Part shown: in pieces, positions 54,489 to 56,332 of the stretch
Position numbering within the stretch: position 1 is the first letter of the stretch
Layout of the letters: each line of letters opens with the position of its first letter
Origin: Pseudomonadota bacterium
GTDB lineage: Bacteria; Bdellovibrionota_B; Oligoflexia; Oligoflexales; RGVZ01
Length of the DNA stretch: 56,332 nt
Direction of reading: 5' to 3'
Assembly: GCA_041178085.1 (NCBI GenBank)
Contig: JBEGVZ010000048.1
Location: forward strand, 1 to 56,332
Notes under the pieces: generated by a model
The model's input: the letters and a program-made list of their open reading frames with translations, nothing else
What the model was told of the DNA's origin: nothing
Database searches by the model: none
Made by a program: the position numbers and the translations under genes

Positions 54489-56189
54489 ATGACCAGGAAG
54501 TCAAGTCGAAAACCCCAAGCGTCTGCGTCCGCTAAATCCGGAAAATCCAATGGAAACGGCTATTTGGCTTTGCTGCCGGTGCATCATTGGGTGAAGGCAG
54601 CTCTGGCCGACGCACGGGGGGGCAAGTCCCGCCCCGGTGCACGGGCCGGTGATCGTCACGGCCGGGTTTTCATCGTCCCCCAGCCTCCAGCCGGAGAAAA
54701 AGTCGATTCCGCCGTTCAGAGCTGGTTGGCAGGGCACCTCGAGGGAGTTCCCTCCTGGCAGCGTGACAATGCGCTCAAGATACGACCGGATTCAGTCATG
54801 CTTGCGGACGACGAGGGTCCAATCTGGGTCCTGATGCCAAAGCAAGGAATCGGCAACTCCACGGGCAATTCGAGCCGTTCGGGTACGCAAGGCGGTGCTT
54901 TTGGTCCGTCGCCTTACGGACGGACGCGTGACCTGGTGGGTGCGTGCGTGCCTGGATTTCGCGAATACAAACTGGAGCGCGTGACGCTGGCCGGGATCGG
55001 TTGCTCGCGTGACCATTGGCTTGGTGCTCTGGTCGGGCTTGATCTTGGCGCCTACCGTTTCACGCAATCCCAGCAGAACGGGCCGGCAGCCTGCAAACTT
55101 CCCGCACTGGTCGTGCCCGACGAGGTCAGTTCTGACAGTGGGCTGATCGACGAGGCAGCGGCACTTGCATTTGCCATGAACACCGCGCGTCATCTGGTCA
55201 ACCTGCCGGCCAACAAATTGAATCCCTCAACTTATGCGGATCTTGTACGTGGCATGTTTAAGGGCGCAAAGTGCTCTTCGGTCAGTGTGCTGGATGACAA
55301 GGCGCTCGCCAGTGAAGGCATGAACTTGCTGCGTGCGGTCGGCGCCGCGTCACCGAATCCGCCCTGCCTTGTGCACATCCGCTATCGTCCGCCGGTTGTG
55401 AAGGGCGTAAAGGCTGCCAAATCCAGAAAATCTGCGCTGACGATTACGGAACATCATCGTCCAGTCGCAATCGTCGGCAAAGGGATCACGTTTGACACCG
55501 GTGGGCTCGACATCAAGCCATCATCAGGCATGCGCTGGATGAAGAAGGATATGGGGGGATCGGCGACTGTTCTTGGTCTGGCACTTTATGCAGAGGCGAT
55601 GAAAATCCCGCTGGCGATAGATTTCTATCTGGCGATTGCAGAGAATTCTGTTTCAGGCACTGCGATGCGTCCCGGTGACGTGTACAAGGCCCGCAACGGC
55701 ATGACGGTCGAAATCCACAACACGGATGCTGAAGGGCGCCTGGTGATGGCAGATGCGTTCGACTACGCCCTGACCCGGCCGGGTGACGATGAGCCACGCC
55801 TCTTGATCGATGCATCGACGTTGACCGGTGCAATGCGCGTGGCCGTGGGGCTGACCATTTCGGGGATGTTCGCCAATGACGACAACTTGGCTGCACAATG
55901 CATTGCCGCAGGACAGCGCAGTGGTGACCCCTGCTGGCGACTGCCGCTTTTTGATGAGTACAAGTCGGCCTTGAAGTCCCAGGCAGCCGACATCTCCAAT
56001 TGCTCCGACAGCTCTTTTGGCGGTGCGATCACGGCGGCGCTGTTCCTGGAAAAATTCACGCGCGGCAAGCCTTGGTTGCATTTTGATTTCTACGCGTGGA
56101 CCGACCGCGCATCGGGTGCGATGACCGAAGCTGGTGGCAACGCGCAGGCGTTGCAGCTTCTGGTGGAGTTTTTGAATTCCAGGAAGTGA
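54489..56189 (+). CDS. M17 leucyl aminopeptidase (PepA/PepB-like)
   Basis: GKGITFDTGG, MKKDMGG, NTDAEGRL, TLTGA; start probably ATG 54489. Confidence 0.93.
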   Translation: MTRKSSRKPQASASAKSGKSNGNGYLALLPVHHWVKAALADARGGKSRPGARAGDRHGRVFIVPQPPAGEKVDSAVQSWLAGHLEGVPSWQRDNALKIRPDSVMLADDEGPIWVLMPKQGIGNSTGNSSRSGTQGGAFGPSPYGRTRDLVGACVPGFREYKLERVTLAGIGCSRDHWLGALVGLDLGAYRFTQSQQNGPAACKLPALVVPDEVSSDSGLIDEAAALAFAMNTARHLVNLPANKLNPSTYADLVRGMFKGAKCSSVSVLDDKALASEGMNLLRAVGAASPNPPCLVHIRYRPPVVKGVKAAKSRKSALTITEHHRPVAIVGKGITFDTGGLDIKPSSGMRWMKKDMGGSATVLGLALYAEAMKIPLAIDFYLAIAENSVSGTAMRPGDVYKARNGMTVEIHNTDAEGRLVMADAFDYALTRPGDDEPRLLIDASTLTGAMRVAVGLTISGMFANDDNLAAQCIAAGQRSGDPCWRLPLFDEYKSALKSQAADISNCSDSSFGGAITAALFLEKFTRGKPWLHFDFYAWTDRASGAMTEAGGNAQALQLLVEFLNSRK

Positions 56190-56191
56190 AT

Positions 56192-56332
56192 TCAACTTGT
56201 GGTCATGTCATCCTGAAAGTGGACTAGTACGCGGTCCCAAAAGGACAGCAGGATCAGGTGTCCGAAGTCGTAAAGTTCATCGATGGCGCTTTGCAGTGAA
56301 GCGCCTTCGTGCTTTATGCGATAAGCCGCAAC
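56192..56332 (-). CDS. 3' end of a probable tyrosine/dual-specificity phosphatase
   Basis: VAAYRIKHEGASLQSAIDELYDFGH...*, resembling the helix after the CX5R loop of Siw14-type phosphatases; the active site is outside the window. Confidence 0.5.
   Translation of the reverse strand, partial: VAAYRIKHEGASLQSAIDELYDFGHLILLSFWDRVLVHFQDDMTTS

Noticed and set aside
1..56332. Mobile element, prophage, defence island, tRNA or rRNA
   Set aside because: No integrase, transposase, phage, Cas or restriction-modification motifs recognised; intergenic gaps are short and show no cloverleaf or rRNA-like sequence by eye

Overview
Gene-dense, GC-rich bacterial chromosomal segment with about 49 CDS, two of them cut by the window ends. 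I saw no rRNA, tRNA, CRISPR array, transposase, integrase or phage genes. Gene content suggests a Bdellovibrionota/Oligoflexia-like or related predatory deltaproteobacterium (inference): FHA-GGDEF cyclase, PEGA-domain Hanks kinases, a GYF-like membrane protein, TPR/beta-barrel proteins, pilin-like genes, an FG-GAP lipoprotein, ccsA-hemA-hemC, type III glutamine synthetase and a cN-II nucleotidase. Housekeeping genes (htpX, ndh, tldD/pmbA, ugd, gmhA, coaE, xseAB, tmk-holB-ricT, rlmN, hem genes, class II DAHP synthase, maf, nth, fdx, M17 aminopeptidase) are interleaved with uncharacterised envelope and signalling genes. Best candidates for something new: (1) a Ser/Thr phosphorylation plus c-di-GMP module in which both kinases and the PP2C phosphatase carry sigma28-like promoters, and both kinases appear leaderless with the ATG exactly 7 nt after the -10 box; (2) a three-way-junction leader that would hide the PP2C ribosome-binding site on read-through transcripts but not on sigma28-initiated ones; (3) a secreted VioE/ependymin(LolA)-fold-like protein with a CXXCH motif inserted in the heme operon; (4) a KamA-family radical SAM enzyme with altered substrate residues coupled to a chorismate mutase. 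All family calls come from motif recognition by eye; no searches were run.
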